A stretch of DNA of 64,000 nucleotides from a bacterium (GTDB taxonomy: Bacteria; Patescibacteriota; Minisyncoccia; Phycocordibacterales; UBA9973): assembly GCA_037127795.1 (NCBI GenBank), contig JBAXXQ010000002.1:11-64010 (forward strand), written 5' to 3'. How positions within the stretch are numbered: the stretch's first letter is position 1; every line of letters starts with the position of its first letter. The notes beneath the pieces were generated by a model. That model saw only the letters and a list, made by a program, of their open reading frames with translations. It was not told the DNA's origin and ran no database searches. Made by a program: the position numbers and the translations under genes. This document shows, in pieces, positions 9,927-19,662 of this stretch.

Positions 9927-10514
9927 ATGACAAACACTGTTTATATTTTTATTGGACAAAGCGGCTCTGGTAAGGGGACACAAGTACAGCTACTTGAGCA
10001 GACTATTCGCGCCCTTCATCCGAGCGATACTATTTTTCACTTAGAAACAGGGGAGAAGTTTCGCGAGCTTATAGAAGGAGAATCTTTCACTTCTCGCAAG
10101 ACAAAACAATATATCGATGATGGTGTATTGCCGCCAGCATTCCTCGGCGTGCATGCATGGAGCCATGTCCTCATAGAAGGATACACTGGCGAAGGGCATG
10201 TATTCCTCGACGGTACCCCTCGCGTATCTGCAGAAGTCCCTGCATTGCTTTCTGCTATTTCATTTTATGATTGGCACCCACATATATTCTATATCGATGT
10301 TGGCGATGCATGGGCTCGCGACAAGCTCCTCGCTCGTGGTCGCGCAGATGATACAGAGGCAGAGATCACTGGTCGCATTGCATGGTTTTATCAAAGTGTG
10401 ATGCCGGCAGTCGATATGCTCAAGAGCTCTCCACTGGTACAATTTCATCATATCAATGGTGAACAAAGTGTAGAAGCAGTCCAACAAGAAATTCTTTCAC
10501 ACCTTTCTATATAA
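9927..10514 (+). CDS. adk: adenylate kinase family nucleoside monophosphate kinase
   Basis: GQSGSGKGTQ P-loop, DGTPR, RGRADD; position between secY and map. Confidence 0.85.
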   Translation: MTNTVYIFIGQSGSGKGTQVQLLEQTIRALHPSDTIFHLETGEKFRELIEGESFTSRKTKQYIDDGVLPPAFLGVHAWSHVLIEGYTGEGHVFLDGTPRVSAEVPALLSAISFYDWHPHIFYIDVGDAWARDKLLARGRADDTEAEITGRIAWFYQSVMPAVDMLKSSPLVQFHHINGEQSVEAVQQEILSHLSI

Positions 10515-10516
10515 GT

Positions 10517-11296
10517 ATGATATATATCAAGACCCCAGAAGAAATAGCACACCTCCGCGAGGCTGGCCCAATACTTGCTCGTATTGTGCAAGAAGTGGCG
10601 GGTATGGCTCGCGAGGGTATGACTACTGGCGAGCTCGACAAGATCGCTGAAGCAAAGATTCGCGACGCAGGTGCAACACCAGGACTCCTCGGCTACAAGC
10701 CCGAAGGTGCTCGCAAACCATATCCAGCGACTATGTGTATCTCGGTCAATGACGAAGTGGTACACGGTATACCAGGGAATCGCGTTCTCAAAAATGGCAA
10801 CATTGTGTCTTTTGATACCGTACTCAAATACAAAGGAGTTTTTGTAGATTATACGACGAGTGTCGGTATTGGCGCTGCAGAGGGCAAAGTAAAAAAGCGC
10901 GATATGGATCTTTTGAAAGTAACCGAAGACTCACTCTATGCGGGTATATATGCGATCAAAGCAGGAAGCCGTACAGGGGACATTGGGGCTGCAATAGAAG
11001 CCTATGTGAAGCCACATAGGCTCGGTATTGTCCGTGGCCTTTCAGGCCACGGCGTCGGCCGCCACATCCACGAAGACCCATATATTCCCAATTATGGCAA
11101 AAAAGGTAAGGGCGAGCTCCTCGTCCCTGGTATGGTCATTGCTATCGAGCCTATGATGACATTGGGCTCAGAAGACGTCCTCGAGCTCCGCGACGGCTAC
11201 ACCCTCGTCACAGACGACCACTCTCGCGCCGCCCATTTTGAACACACGGTACTCATAAATGAAGCAGGAGAAGCCGAAATTTTGACCCAAATCTAA
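10517..11296 (+). CDS. map: type I methionine aminopeptidase
   Basis: CISVNDEVVHGIP, GHGVG, AIEPM, AHFEHT. Confidence 0.97.
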   Translation: MIYIKTPEEIAHLREAGPILARIVQEVAGMAREGMTTGELDKIAEAKIRDAGATPGLLGYKPEGARKPYPATMCISVNDEVVHGIPGNRVLKNGNIVSFDTVLKYKGVFVDYTTSVGIGAAEGKVKKRDMDLLKVTEDSLYAGIYAIKAGSRTGDIGAAIEAYVKPHRLGIVRGLSGHGVGRHIHEDPYIPNYGKKGKGELLVPGMVIAIEPMMTLGSEDVLELRDGYTLVTDDHSRAAHFEHTVLINEAGEAEILTQI

Positions 11297-11319
11297 AGCC
11301 CTGAAAAGGGGCTTTTTTT
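11295..11319 (+). terminator. intrinsic terminator after map
   Basis: aagccc-tgaaaag-gggctt followed by a T-run. Confidence 0.65.
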
Positions 11320-11346
11320 GTTGGTTTTGTGGTAGAATTCTTATAT

Positions 11347-11694
11347 ATGGCTGACATAAAAGAGCTTACTAATAAAGTGGTAAAATTCCGAGACCAGCGA
11401 GATTGGAAGCAATTTCACAACCCCAAAGATCTTTCAATATCTTTGGTTCTTGAAGCAAATGAAGTACTTGAACATTTTCAATGGAAGTCACCAGAGGAAA
11501 TGACTATTCATGTAAAACAGAATAAAAAAGAAATTTCAAAAGAATTATCTGATGTTTTGTATTGGGTACTTTTGATGTCTCATGATTTAGATATTGATGT
11601 AGAAAAAGCTTTTCTTACAAAACTAAAAGAAAACGCAAAAAAATATCCAGTAAAAAAAGCGAAAGGAAGTCATAAGAAATATACTGAGCTGTAA
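11347..11694 (+). CDS. MazG-like nucleotide pyrophosphohydrolase
   Basis: RDWKQFHNPKDL...EANEVLEHFQW...ELSDVL...NAKKYP. Confidence 0.88.
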   Translation: MADIKELTNKVVKFRDQRDWKQFHNPKDLSISLVLEANEVLEHFQWKSPEEMTIHVKQNKKEISKELSDVLYWVLLMSHDLDIDVEKAFLTKLKENAKKYPVKKAKGSHKKYTEL

Positions 11695-11697
11695 GAT

Positions 11698-13725
11698 ATG
11701 TCAAAGATAGAAACCTTTCCTTTTAATAAAGATAATTTTGATCAAATCAAAGACTATAAATTTGGTAGAAATTGGCCTGTTGTATATGTTATCGAAGATA
11801 AAAAGGAAGTGTATATAGGACAAACTGTAAATGCTTATTTTAGAAGTAAACAGCACGTAGAAAATCCAGAAAGAAAAAAACTAAAAGAAATTCACATAAT
11901 TACAGACGAGGAATTTAATGTTTCTGCTGCGCTTGATATAGAATCTTGGCTTATTCAATATATATCCGCTGATGGAAAATTTATTTTACAAAACGGTAAT
12001 GGTGGTTTAAAGAATCATAATTATTACGACAGACAGAAATATAAAACAAAATTTGAAATCGCATGGGATCGTCTTCGTGAAAAGGGGATTGTACAAAACA
12101 CTCTTGCTGATTTAAAAAATAGCGATCTATTTAAATACTCACCATATAAGTCTTTAACAGAAGATCAATTCCTTGTTGCAAAACAAATATATAAAGATAT
12201 TAAGAAAAATGAAATAAATACATTTATTGTAAATGGAAAACCGGGAACAGGTAAGACTATTCTTGCGACATATCTTTTTAAGTATTTAAAAGAACAAGAA
12301 GAAACAAAAAATTTAAATATTGGACTTGTTGTACCTATGGCTTCACTTCGTAAAACAATACGAAATGTTTTTTCAAAAATAAAAGGATTAAAATCAAATA
12401 TGGTTATTGGTCCAAACGATGTTGTAAAACAACAGTATGATCTATTGATTGTAGATGAATCACATAGACTACAAAGACGAAAAGGGATTATGGGGTATGG
12501 TGCGTATGATACTGTAAATAAAGGATTAGGTTTGGATAATGAGGGAACTCAACTTGATTGGATTATGAAGTCTTCTAAACACCAAGTATTTTTTTATGAT
12601 GAAAATCAGAGTATAAAACCAGCAGATATTCGTGCAGAAGATTTTAGAAAACTCAATGCAAAAAAATACACACTTAATTCTCAAATGCGTGTTGAAGCTG
12701 GGGAAGAATATATAAAATTTATTGAAGATATTTTTGATTTACAAAAACCAAAACACACAGCATTTTCAAACTATGACTTTCAAATATTTGATGAAGCACA
12801 AGAAATGGTTGATAAGATAAAAGAGAAAGATAAAAAACATAAGCTTGCCCGTGTTGTGGCTGGCTACGCATGGCCATGGCATACAAAACCTGGAAGTAGT
12901 TCAAAGCAAAAATATGATATTGGAATAAATGGATTAGAGCTTATTTGGAATTCTACAGCACAAGATTGGGTAAACTCGTCAAACGCTATAAATGAGGTGG
13001 GGTGTATTCACACAGTACAAGGATACGACTTAAACTATGTAGGCGTGATTATTGGTCCAGAACTCTCATATGATATCAAAAATAAAAAGCTTGTGGTTGA
13101 TAAGCAAAAATATTTTGATACTAATGGACGAAATGGTATTTCTGATCCTTCAGAATTAGAGCGATATATTATAAATATTTACAAGACACTGCTTACTCGT
13201 GGAATCATGGGAACATATATGTATATTTGTGATGAAAGTTTAAGAAACTATTTTAATGATGTTATAAGTCAAAAACCTGTAATAGAAGAAAAGGTAAAAG
13301 AGGAAAAAACAGAAAAAATAAAGTCACCATATACAAAAATGGTTAGCTTGCCACTATATGAATCTGTAGGTTGTGGAGAGTTGATGTTTGCAGATTCTAC
13401 AGTACAAGAAATGGTAGATGTCCCAGAAGAATTTGTTTCAAAGGGGTCAAAATATTTTGTACTTAGAACAGACGGAGATTCTATGGATAAAGCTGGAATA
13501 CATGACGGAGATCTTGTGCTTTGTCGAAAGGACTACCACCCCGAAATAGGGAACAAGGTTATCGCGCTTATTGGTGACGATGCAACTATAAAGGAATATC
13601 GACGCGACCCAGAAGGAAATGTAATACTTCGACCGTGTTCTACAAACCCAAAGCATAAAGATCGTATTTTTACTGAATATGATGATTTGAAAGTACAAGG
13701 GGTAGTGGTTAGGGTTTTAGAATAA
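11698..13725 (+). CDS. GIY-YIG nuclease-like + DUF2075 P-loop helicase-like + C-terminal S24 (LexA/UmuD-type) peptidase fusion
   Basis: VVYVI...VYIGQT; GKPGTGKT Walker A; VDESHRL; HTVQGYDL; LLTRG; VGCG...GDSM...TIKEY. Confidence 0.85.
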   Translation: MSKIETFPFNKDNFDQIKDYKFGRNWPVVYVIEDKKEVYIGQTVNAYFRSKQHVENPERKKLKEIHIITDEEFNVSAALDIESWLIQYISADGKFILQNGNGGLKNHNYYDRQKYKTKFEIAWDRLREKGIVQNTLADLKNSDLFKYSPYKSLTEDQFLVAKQIYKDIKKNEINTFIVNGKPGTGKTILATYLFKYLKEQEETKNLNIGLVVPMASLRKTIRNVFSKIKGLKSNMVIGPNDVVKQQYDLLIVDESHRLQRRKGIMGYGAYDTVNKGLGLDNEGTQLDWIMKSSKHQVFFYDENQSIKPADIRAEDFRKLNAKKYTLNSQMRVEAGEEYIKFIEDIFDLQKPKHTAFSNYDFQIFDEAQEMVDKIKEKDKKHKLARVVAGYAWPWHTKPGSSSKQKYDIGINGLELIWNSTAQDWVNSSNAINEVGCIHTVQGYDLNYVGVIIGPELSYDIKNKKLVVDKQKYFDTNGRNGISDPSELERYIINIYKTLLTRGIMGTYMYICDESLRNYFNDVISQKPVIEEKVKEEKTEKIKSPYTKMVSLPLYESVGCGELMFADSTVQEMVDVPEEFVSKGSKYFVLRTDGDSMDKAGIHDGDLVLCRKDYHPEIGNKVIALIGDDATIKEYRRDPEGNVILRPCSTNPKHKDRIFTEYDDLKVQGVVVRVLE

Positions 13726-13777
13726 AAGAGTATAAAAAAATCCTTTTTATAAAGGATTTTTTTATACTCTTTTATTC
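13720..13777. terminator. long perfect hairpin (27-bp arms), bidirectional terminator
   Basis: gaataaaagagtataaaaaaatccttt-ttat-aaaggatttttttatactcttttattc. Confidence 0.7.
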
Positions 13778-13787
13778 ATATTTTTAA

Positions 13788-14003
13788 TTAATCTTGTTGG
13801 GTTATTTTTGCATTTCCCGTAATTTTAATTTGTGCATTTCCTGTTAAATGTATTCCTGTATTTTTTGTAACACTAGAATAATTACCAGTAATTTCCATAC
13901 TACCACCATCTGTTGATAGGTGTTCAATTTTTGATTTTGGTTGTAAACCAGAAACTAACCCCTCAGTAATACCTGCTGTGATAGATTTTAAGTATTCGGC
14001 CAT
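13788..14003 (-). CDS. small hypothetical protein
   Basis: 71 aa, ITGN repeats, TTGACA promoter-like site at about 14079 on the minus strand. Confidence 0.5.
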   Translation of the reverse strand: MAEYLKSITAGITEGLVSGLQPKSKIEHLSTDGGSMEITGNYSSVTKNTGIHLTGNAQIKITGNAKITQQD

Positions 14004-14115
14004 ATTGATTTATTGTTTTATTAATCGGTTCGACTAGTCCGATAGGATAATAATACATTTTTACAATAAATACTGTCAACTTGTGAATATCTGTGGATTG
14101 TGTTAATATCTCTAT

Positions 14116-14847
14116 ATGTCTACATGGATTCAAAATAAGCGAAATATATCAGGGCTTTCTCAGGAACAAGTAGCAAAGACGTTGGGGATTTCACGTCCTA
14201 CATATATAAAACTTGAGCACGGGTTGAGTAAACCTACCGCACAGCAAAAAGAGCTTTTGGTGCAATTGTTTGGTGTCTCTACTGAAGCTTTTGAAAAAAA
14301 TGCTACAGAAAAAAAAATAAAAGAAGATACTATATATGAAGTATCTGTACCAAAAGAAAATATTGATAAATTTAAACAGGTACTTTTGTATATAGTGAGT
14401 AAGGTAGGGAGTCGTCCAAATATTGGGCAGACCGCTTTGTATAAATTACTTTATTTTATTGATTTCGATTATTATGAAAAATATCAAGAATACTTGATGG
14501 GGGCTACTTATATAAAAAACACTCATGGTCCAAGTCCTGTTTCGTTTGCAAAGATTGCAAGGGATTTAGAACATGCTGGTGAGCTTGTAGAAGTGCAAAG
14601 TAAGTTTTTCAAATATGATCAAAAGAAATATATTACGACTAATTCTCCTAATGTATCTACACTCACAGCACAAGAATTGCAACATATAGACGAAGAGCTT
14701 GATCGTCTTGCAACAAAAACCGCTCGAGAACTTTCTGATATGTCTCATATAGATACTCCATGGCGAGTAGCAAAAGAAAAAGATATTTTAAATTATAGGC
14801 ATGTATTTTATCGTCCAGATGAAACATCTGTGGTGGATAGTGAGTAA
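14116..14847 (+). CDS. XRE HTH + Panacea (DUF4065/SocA-like) antitoxin
   Basis: LSQEQVAKTLGISRPTYIKLE HTH; KLLYFIDF...HGP...SHIDTPW. Confidence 0.85.
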   Translation: MSTWIQNKRNISGLSQEQVAKTLGISRPTYIKLEHGLSKPTAQQKELLVQLFGVSTEAFEKNATEKKIKEDTIYEVSVPKENIDKFKQVLLYIVSKVGSRPNIGQTALYKLLYFIDFDYYEKYQEYLMGATYIKNTHGPSPVSFAKIARDLEHAGELVEVQSKFFKYDQKKYITTNSPNVSTLTAQELQHIDEELDRLATKTARELSDMSHIDTPWRVAKEKDILNYRHVFYRPDETSVVDSE

Positions 14848-14853
14848 TTATAT

Positions 14854-15189
14854 ATGCCCGAGTTTCATCAATTACCAGAATACCAAAAAGAGCTAAAAAG
14901 GCTTTCTAAAAAATATCCAAGCGTTTCTAATGATATAGAAGATATCAAACAAGTATTATTAGCATCTCCCACAGGAATAGGAAAAAATTTTACTATAATT
15001 TCTTCAGAGAAAGATATAAAAATTGTAAAAGTTCGTATTCAATGTGCTTCTTTACGAAGTCGTACTATCCGACTTATATATGCATACCATGCAAATACTA
15101 TAGAATTTATTTATATAGAGGTATATTTTAAAGGTGATAAGGAAAATGAAGATAGAGTAAGAATTTCAGAATATCTAGAAAATAAATAA
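14854..15189 (+). CDS. RelE/HigB-like toxin
   Basis: [11 protein letters not shown]...IVKVRI...RLIYAY...[10 protein letters not shown]; 6 nt after the antitoxin. Confidence 0.7.
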   Translation: MPEFHQLPEYQKELKRLSKKYPSVSNDIEDIKQVLLASPTGIGKNFTIISSEKDIKIVKVRIQCASLRSRTIRLIYAYHANTIEFIYIEVYFKGDKENEDRVRISEYLENK

Positions 15190-15190
15190 T

Positions 15191-15406
15191 ATGCCCACCC
15201 AACCCAGCAACCCACTTCAAGGAAAAACGCTAGAGACAATACTTGTGTTTCTTGTCGATATGTATGGCTGGGAGGAGATGAGTAGGAGGATACGGATCAA
15301 TTGTTTTGCGAATGATCCGAGTATCAAGTCTAGTCTGACATTTCTCCGACGGACACCCTGGGCTCGTAATAAAGTAGAGCAGCTGTATATCAAGAGTGTG
15401 GGGTAG
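15191..15406 (+). CDS. VF530/DUF2132 family small protein
   Basis: NPLQGKTLE...[28 protein letters not shown]. Confidence 0.85.
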   Translation: MPTQPSNPLQGKTLETILVFLVDMYGWEEMSRRIRINCFANDPSIKSSLTFLRRTPWARNKVEQLYIKSVG

Positions 15407-15408
15407 AA

Positions 15409-15441
15409 CACAAAAACCGGACTGTTTGTCCGGTTTTTGTG
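15409..15441. terminator. bidirectional terminator
   Basis: cacaaaaaccggac-tgttt-gtccggtttttgtg. Confidence 0.7.
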
Positions 15442-15443
15442 CA

Positions 15444-15677
15444 TTAGGCTTTTTTGAGAAATTCGGTGCGGAGCACGAGGCCTTTGACACCTTCGGCGCT
15501 ACACTCGATCAGCTCTTCGTCGTCTGAGAGGCGAATGTTTTTGATCTTGGTCCCTTTTTTGAGGGTGAGGTTGCTTCCTTTTACTTTTAATTCTTTGATT
15601 ACGGTCACACTGTCGCCATGTGCAAGAGTATTGCCATACGCGTCTTTGTGAATTATTACTTCTTCTATATCATCCAT
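15444..15677 (-). CDS. PhnA/YjdM C-terminal domain protein (no zinc ribbon)
   Basis: KDAYGNTLAHGDSVTVIKELKVKGS...KGTKIKNIRL...LRTEFLKKA. Confidence 0.85.
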   Translation of the reverse strand: MDDIEEVIIHKDAYGNTLAHGDSVTVIKELKVKGSNLTLKKGTKIKNIRLSDDEELIECSAEGVKGLVLRTEFLKKA

Positions 15678-15775
15678 TGCTCTAGTATACGGATTTTGAG
15701 AAATAAAAAAAGTGCCGGCTGCACAAAAAATTTTCTAGTATAAAAAATACATACTTGATATACTTGTACACATAT

Positions 15776-17314
15776 ATGAAAAAAATTATTTTGAGTTGTA
15801 TTTTTTTGTTTACTATCTGTATGGGTGGGCAAGTATTTGCTGCGAGCCCCACTGTCGCTATATCATTGGGAAGTTATGCGCTCTCTAGTGGCCAGACGAC
15901 AAGTGTTACATTTACATTTTCTGATGCGCCGCGAAGCTTCACTCTTGGGGATATCGCAGCTACTGGTGGTGTGGTGACAAACTTGGTAAATACAGGGAAC
16001 CCACTCGTATACACGGCGCTCTATACACCAAATACAAATACACAATCAACAGGAAATACTATTACCGTACACGCGCTCACTACAAATACTACAATCACTG
16101 GTGTAGGAAGTGGTCCTTCAGAAATGGCTTTTGATGGTACCAATATGTGGGTTGCAGATACGTATGATAATGCGGTGAGTAAGATCGCACCAGATGGTAC
16201 TATTACAAAATACACAGGCACAGGAGGATCGCCATATGCTATTGCTTTTGATGGTACCAATATGTGGACTGCTGATTATGATACAGACTCTGTGACAAAG
16301 ATAAGTCCTAGTGGGGTGATGCATACATATTTTGGTACAGGGCACCATCCCAATAGTATTGCTTTTGACGGTACCAATATGTGGACCGCTGATTTTGGAA
16401 ATAACTCAGTGACCAAGGTTACTCCTAGCGGTACAATGACTACCTATACAGGGACAGGACTACATCCACACGGTATTGCTTTTGATGGTACCAATATGTG
16501 GACCGCAGATTATGATGATGATTCTTTTACTATGATCGCACCAGACGGTACTATAGCGACATCATGGGCAAATGCAGGAAGTAATCCATTTGCTATCGCA
16601 TATGATGGCTCTCGTATGTGGGTGACAGATTTTGGAAGTAATACTGTTTCAAATATTAATACAACAACACACAGTACCAATACATACGCAGGGACAGGTG
16701 CCGGTCCATATGGAATCTCTTTTGATGGTACTAGTATGTGGCTTGCAAACTTTGATGGGGGAAGTATTACAAAAGTAAATACTGATGGTACGATGACGAC
16801 ATATACCGGCATGGGAGATTTTCCATATAGTACAAGATCTGATGGTCATTCTATATGGGTGACAAATATTTTCAGTAGTACAATACACAAACTTGGTTTC
16901 CTTGCTGAGACAAATTCTAATTCTTTTTCTGTAAATACTATACGACATAGTGGTGCGTACAACAGTGTGCGTGCGACATCGATTGATACAAAACCGCTTG
17001 ATTTTATTTTGAATAAAGGAGTGCTTGAAACAAAAGATCCATCTGTTTCTCTTGCGCTTAATGCAGATCCTGCGACAGTGTCTGGGTATGCGATATCTCT
17101 TGATGCGCATTTTGCTGGAGGGATTATTCATCCTTATGGAAAAAGCACCGATACCTATACATACGAGCTACCGCATACTCCTGGTACATATACGGTATAT
17201 CTCAAATATTTTTCAAAAACAGGGAATAGTTCAGAGGTTATACAACACACTATTTCTTATAATAAAAAAATAAAAATACCAAAAAAGGTAATAATAAAAA
17301 AGATTAAAAAATAA
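15776..17314 (+). CDS. secreted protein with Ig-like domain and beta-propeller (39-aa repeats)
   Basis: Signal peptide; VTFTFSD...YTALYTP Ig-like domain; about seven AFDGTNMWxAD blades at 117-bp spacing; Lys-rich tail. Confidence 0.8.
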   Translation: MKKIILSCIFLFTICMGGQVFAASPTVAISLGSYALSSGQTTSVTFTFSDAPRSFTLGDIAATGGVVTNLVNTGNPLVYTALYTPNTNTQSTGNTITVHALTTNTTITGVGSGPSEMAFDGTNMWVADTYDNAVSKIAPDGTITKYTGTGGSPYAIAFDGTNMWTADYDTDSVTKISPSGVMHTYFGTGHHPNSIAFDGTNMWTADFGNNSVTKVTPSGTMTTYTGTGLHPHGIAFDGTNMWTADYDDDSFTMIAPDGTIATSWANAGSNPFAIAYDGSRMWVTDFGSNTVSNINTTTHSTNTYAGTGAGPYGISFDGTSMWLANFDGGSITKVNTDGTMTTYTGMGDFPYSTRSDGHSIWVTNIFSSTIHKLGFLAETNSNSFSVNTIRHSGAYNSVRATSIDTKPLDFILNKGVLETKDPSVSLALNADPATVSGYAISLDAHFAGGIIHPYGKSTDTYTYELPHTPGTYTVYLKYFSKTGNSSEVIQHTISYNKKIKIPKKVIIKKIKK

Positions 17315-17641
17315 ATGCAAGACAACTCTTTTACTGACTATATCGTCTACGACATACTCGGGCATATTCCCGATATTCGTACCAAAAAAATGTTCTCAGG
17401 GGTGGGGATATATGTCGGGGATAGTATTGTGGCATTTGTCGCTGGTGGGGAATTGTATTTCAAAAGTGATGCAGCATTGGTGCAAAAATATACTGCGCTT
17501 GAGTGTCATCCATTTACCTATACCAAAAACGGTAAAGACATAGCGCTCAAGTATATGTCGGCGACGGAGTCTATGCTCGAAGACCGCGCAATAATGGAAG
17601 AGCGCATCGCGGAGGCTTTGAGTTTGAATAACAAGGAGTGA
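17315..17641 (+). CDS. TfoX/Sxy N-terminal domain protein
   Basis: KKMFSGVGIY...LYFKSD...PFTY. Confidence 0.8.
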   Translation: MQDNSFTDYIVYDILGHIPDIRTKKMFSGVGIYVGDSIVAFVAGGELYFKSDAALVQKYTALECHPFTYTKNGKDIALKYMSATESMLEDRAIMEERIAEALSLNNKE

Positions 17642-17653
17642 TATACTTTGGGT

Positions 17654-18076
17654 ATGGAGGAATATAATATTTTTGATGCGTGGAACAGCGAAAAGAAAAA
17701 TATTCATGCGGCTGATAATACTACAGACTTTTTCATAAAGCCTCGTGAAATATGGTTTACGAAAATGGGAAAAAATATTGGGTATGAAGAAAATGGTAAA
17801 AAAGAATTTACTCGTCCGGTATTAGTTTTGAAAAAAGTAGGGAATTTATTTTTTACTGTAGCTCTAACAACTAAAGGAAAAGAAGAAAACAAATTTCATT
17901 ATAAATTTACCCAAGCGCATTTTACCGGGGAACACAAAGATCATGAAGATAGTTCTTTTGTAATTCTTTCACAGGCTCGTGTGATGGATAAAAAAAGATT
18001 TCAAGAAAAAATAGGATATATTGGCACTGAAGAATTTGAGATCATAAAACAGAAAATCACAACATTGCTATTGTGA
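17654..18076 (+). CDS. PemK/MazF-like toxin (orphan)
   Basis: FDAWN...REIWF.KMGKNIGYEENGK..FTRPVLVLK...LSQARVMDKKR. Confidence 0.8.
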   Translation: MEEYNIFDAWNSEKKNIHAADNTTDFFIKPREIWFTKMGKNIGYEENGKKEFTRPVLVLKKVGNLFFTVALTTKGKEENKFHYKFTQAHFTGEHKDHEDSSFVILSQARVMDKKRFQEKIGYIGTEEFEIIKQKITTLLL

Positions 18077-18194
18077 TTTTCTGAAACTTTTTCCCTCCTC
18101 GTGAGAGGAGAAATCCCTAAGGACATTTGTATTTACATAATATACCACTTTTTATTGAGCGTCAAATAGTATGATTTGATGATATACTAAGTAT

Positions 18195-18599
18195 ATGAAA
18201 AAGAAGAATGCATATACCTGGTACAAAACCCTCAAAAAACCGTCCTGGGCGCCTCCACAATGGCTTTTTGGCCCGGTATGGACATTCCTCTATATTCTCA
18301 TTTTTATCTCATTTGGGGCTGTTTTTACGGCTTTTGGAAGGGGTTTGATACCGTTTTGGGTAGTACTTCCTTTTGGGATCAATATTTTCTGTAATGCAAT
18401 ATTTACGACACTGCAATTCAAACTCAAAAACAATCTCCTTGCTGCGCTCGATATCAGCCTTGTCCTTATCAGTCTCGTCTGGGCTATGTATGTAGTATAT
18501 CCGTACATACACTGGGTGGCGTATATGCAGATCCCGTACTTGGTGTGGGTTTCTTTTGCGACAGTGTTGCAGTTCACGGTGACATATATAAATAGGTAG
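18195..18599 (+). CDS. TspO/MBR family protein
   Basis: [25 protein letters not shown]; PYLVWVSFA. Confidence 0.92.
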   Translation: MKKKNAYTWYKTLKKPSWAPPQWLFGPVWTFLYILIFISFGAVFTAFGRGLIPFWVVLPFGINIFCNAIFTTLQFKLKNNLLAALDISLVLISLVWAMYVVYPYIHWVAYMQIPYLVWVSFATVLQFTVTYINR

Positions 18600-18600
18600 T

Positions 18601-19131
18601 ATGGGAGATCTACAATACAGTATCAAGATACACGCGAGAGCGAGAGGGGTAAAAATTTCTATTCATGCAGATGGGCATATCGTAGTGACCAAGTCTCGTC
18701 GCGTATCTGATGCAAAGGTTGCAGAATTGGTCCACACAAAAAAAGAATGGATTTTTGAAAAACAACAAGAGATGTTGTCGCGTCCCAAAAAATATCTTGC
18801 ACACTATACCAAAGAAGATTTTTTACAATACAAAAAAGACGCACTCATACTCGCGACAAAAAAAGTCGCACAGTGGAATGCGATATATCAGTTTCCTATA
18901 CAAAATATTTCTATACGCAATCAAGCTACTCGCTGGGGGAGCTGTACCAAACATCGCTCTATTCAATTTAATTACAAAATAGTATTTCTTCCAGAATACT
19001 TGGTGGACTATCTTGTCGTACACGAATTGTGTCACCTCAAACAGATGAACCATTCGCAAGATTTTTGGGATCTCGTCGGAAAGACTATTCCAGAATACAA
19101 AACATATCGCAAAGAGCTTCAGTTGTATTAG
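18601..19131 (+). CDS. YgjP/DUF45 zinc metalloprotease-like protein
   Basis: RWGSC; DYLVVHELCHL...NHSQDFW. Confidence 0.9.
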   Translation: MGDLQYSIKIHARARGVKISIHADGHIVVTKSRRVSDAKVAELVHTKKEWIFEKQQEMLSRPKKYLAHYTKEDFLQYKKDALILATKKVAQWNAIYQFPIQNISIRNQATRWGSCTKHRSIQFNYKIVFLPEYLVDYLVVHELCHLKQMNHSQDFWDLVGKTIPEYKTYRKELQLY

Positions 19132-19151
19132 CTCGGGTGTATACTATAGCT

Positions 19152-19640
19152 ATGCATACACACAATCATCCCATAGTCGGACACATACATCTCACCGTCG
19201 CAAATCTTGATCGCGCAATAGCGTTTTATGAATTGCTCGGTTTTACTATATCTGCACGATATGGGGAGTCTGCGGCATTTATGTCTGCGGGCGGATATCA
19301 CCACCACATAGGGCTCAATACGTGGGCGGGTACCGATGCGACTCCTGCGCCAACAGGGCACACAGGGATGTATCATGTTGCATTTTTGTATCCTAGTCGT
19401 CGCGCATTGGCAGAAGTATTGCAAAAACTTATTGATGCAGGATTTCGTCTCGAAGGAGCTGCAGATCATGGTGTCTCAGAAGCACTCTATCTCCGTGATC
19501 CAGACAACAATGGCGTCGAGCTCTATACTGATCGCCCCAAAGATACCTGGACTGTCCAAAATGATGGCATGGTAGAAATGGTGACCGAGCCGCTCGATCT
19601 CCAAAACCTCCTCGGAGAGCTTGTTGATCCGATTGTATAG
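19152..19640 (+). CDS. VOC family (CatE-like) protein
   Basis: GHIHLTV; GGYHHHIGLNTW; DHGVSEALYLRDPDNNGVELY. Confidence 0.9.
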   Translation: MHTHNHPIVGHIHLTVANLDRAIAFYELLGFTISARYGESAAFMSAGGYHHHIGLNTWAGTDATPAPTGHTGMYHVAFLYPSRRALAEVLQKLIDAGFRLEGAADHGVSEALYLRDPDNNGVELYTDRPKDTWTVQNDGMVEMVTEPLDLQNLLGELVDPIV

Positions 19641-19662
19641 ATATATTTGCTATACTATATAC

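Noticed and set aside
14024-14043. tRNA remnant or att site (ggttcgact)
   Set aside because: Only a T-loop-like word in a short hairpin, with no match to the tRNAs or tmRNA in the window
16127-16510. CRISPR array
   Set aside because: The 117-bp period is an in-frame protein repeat, the intervening sequences resemble each other, and no cas genes are present
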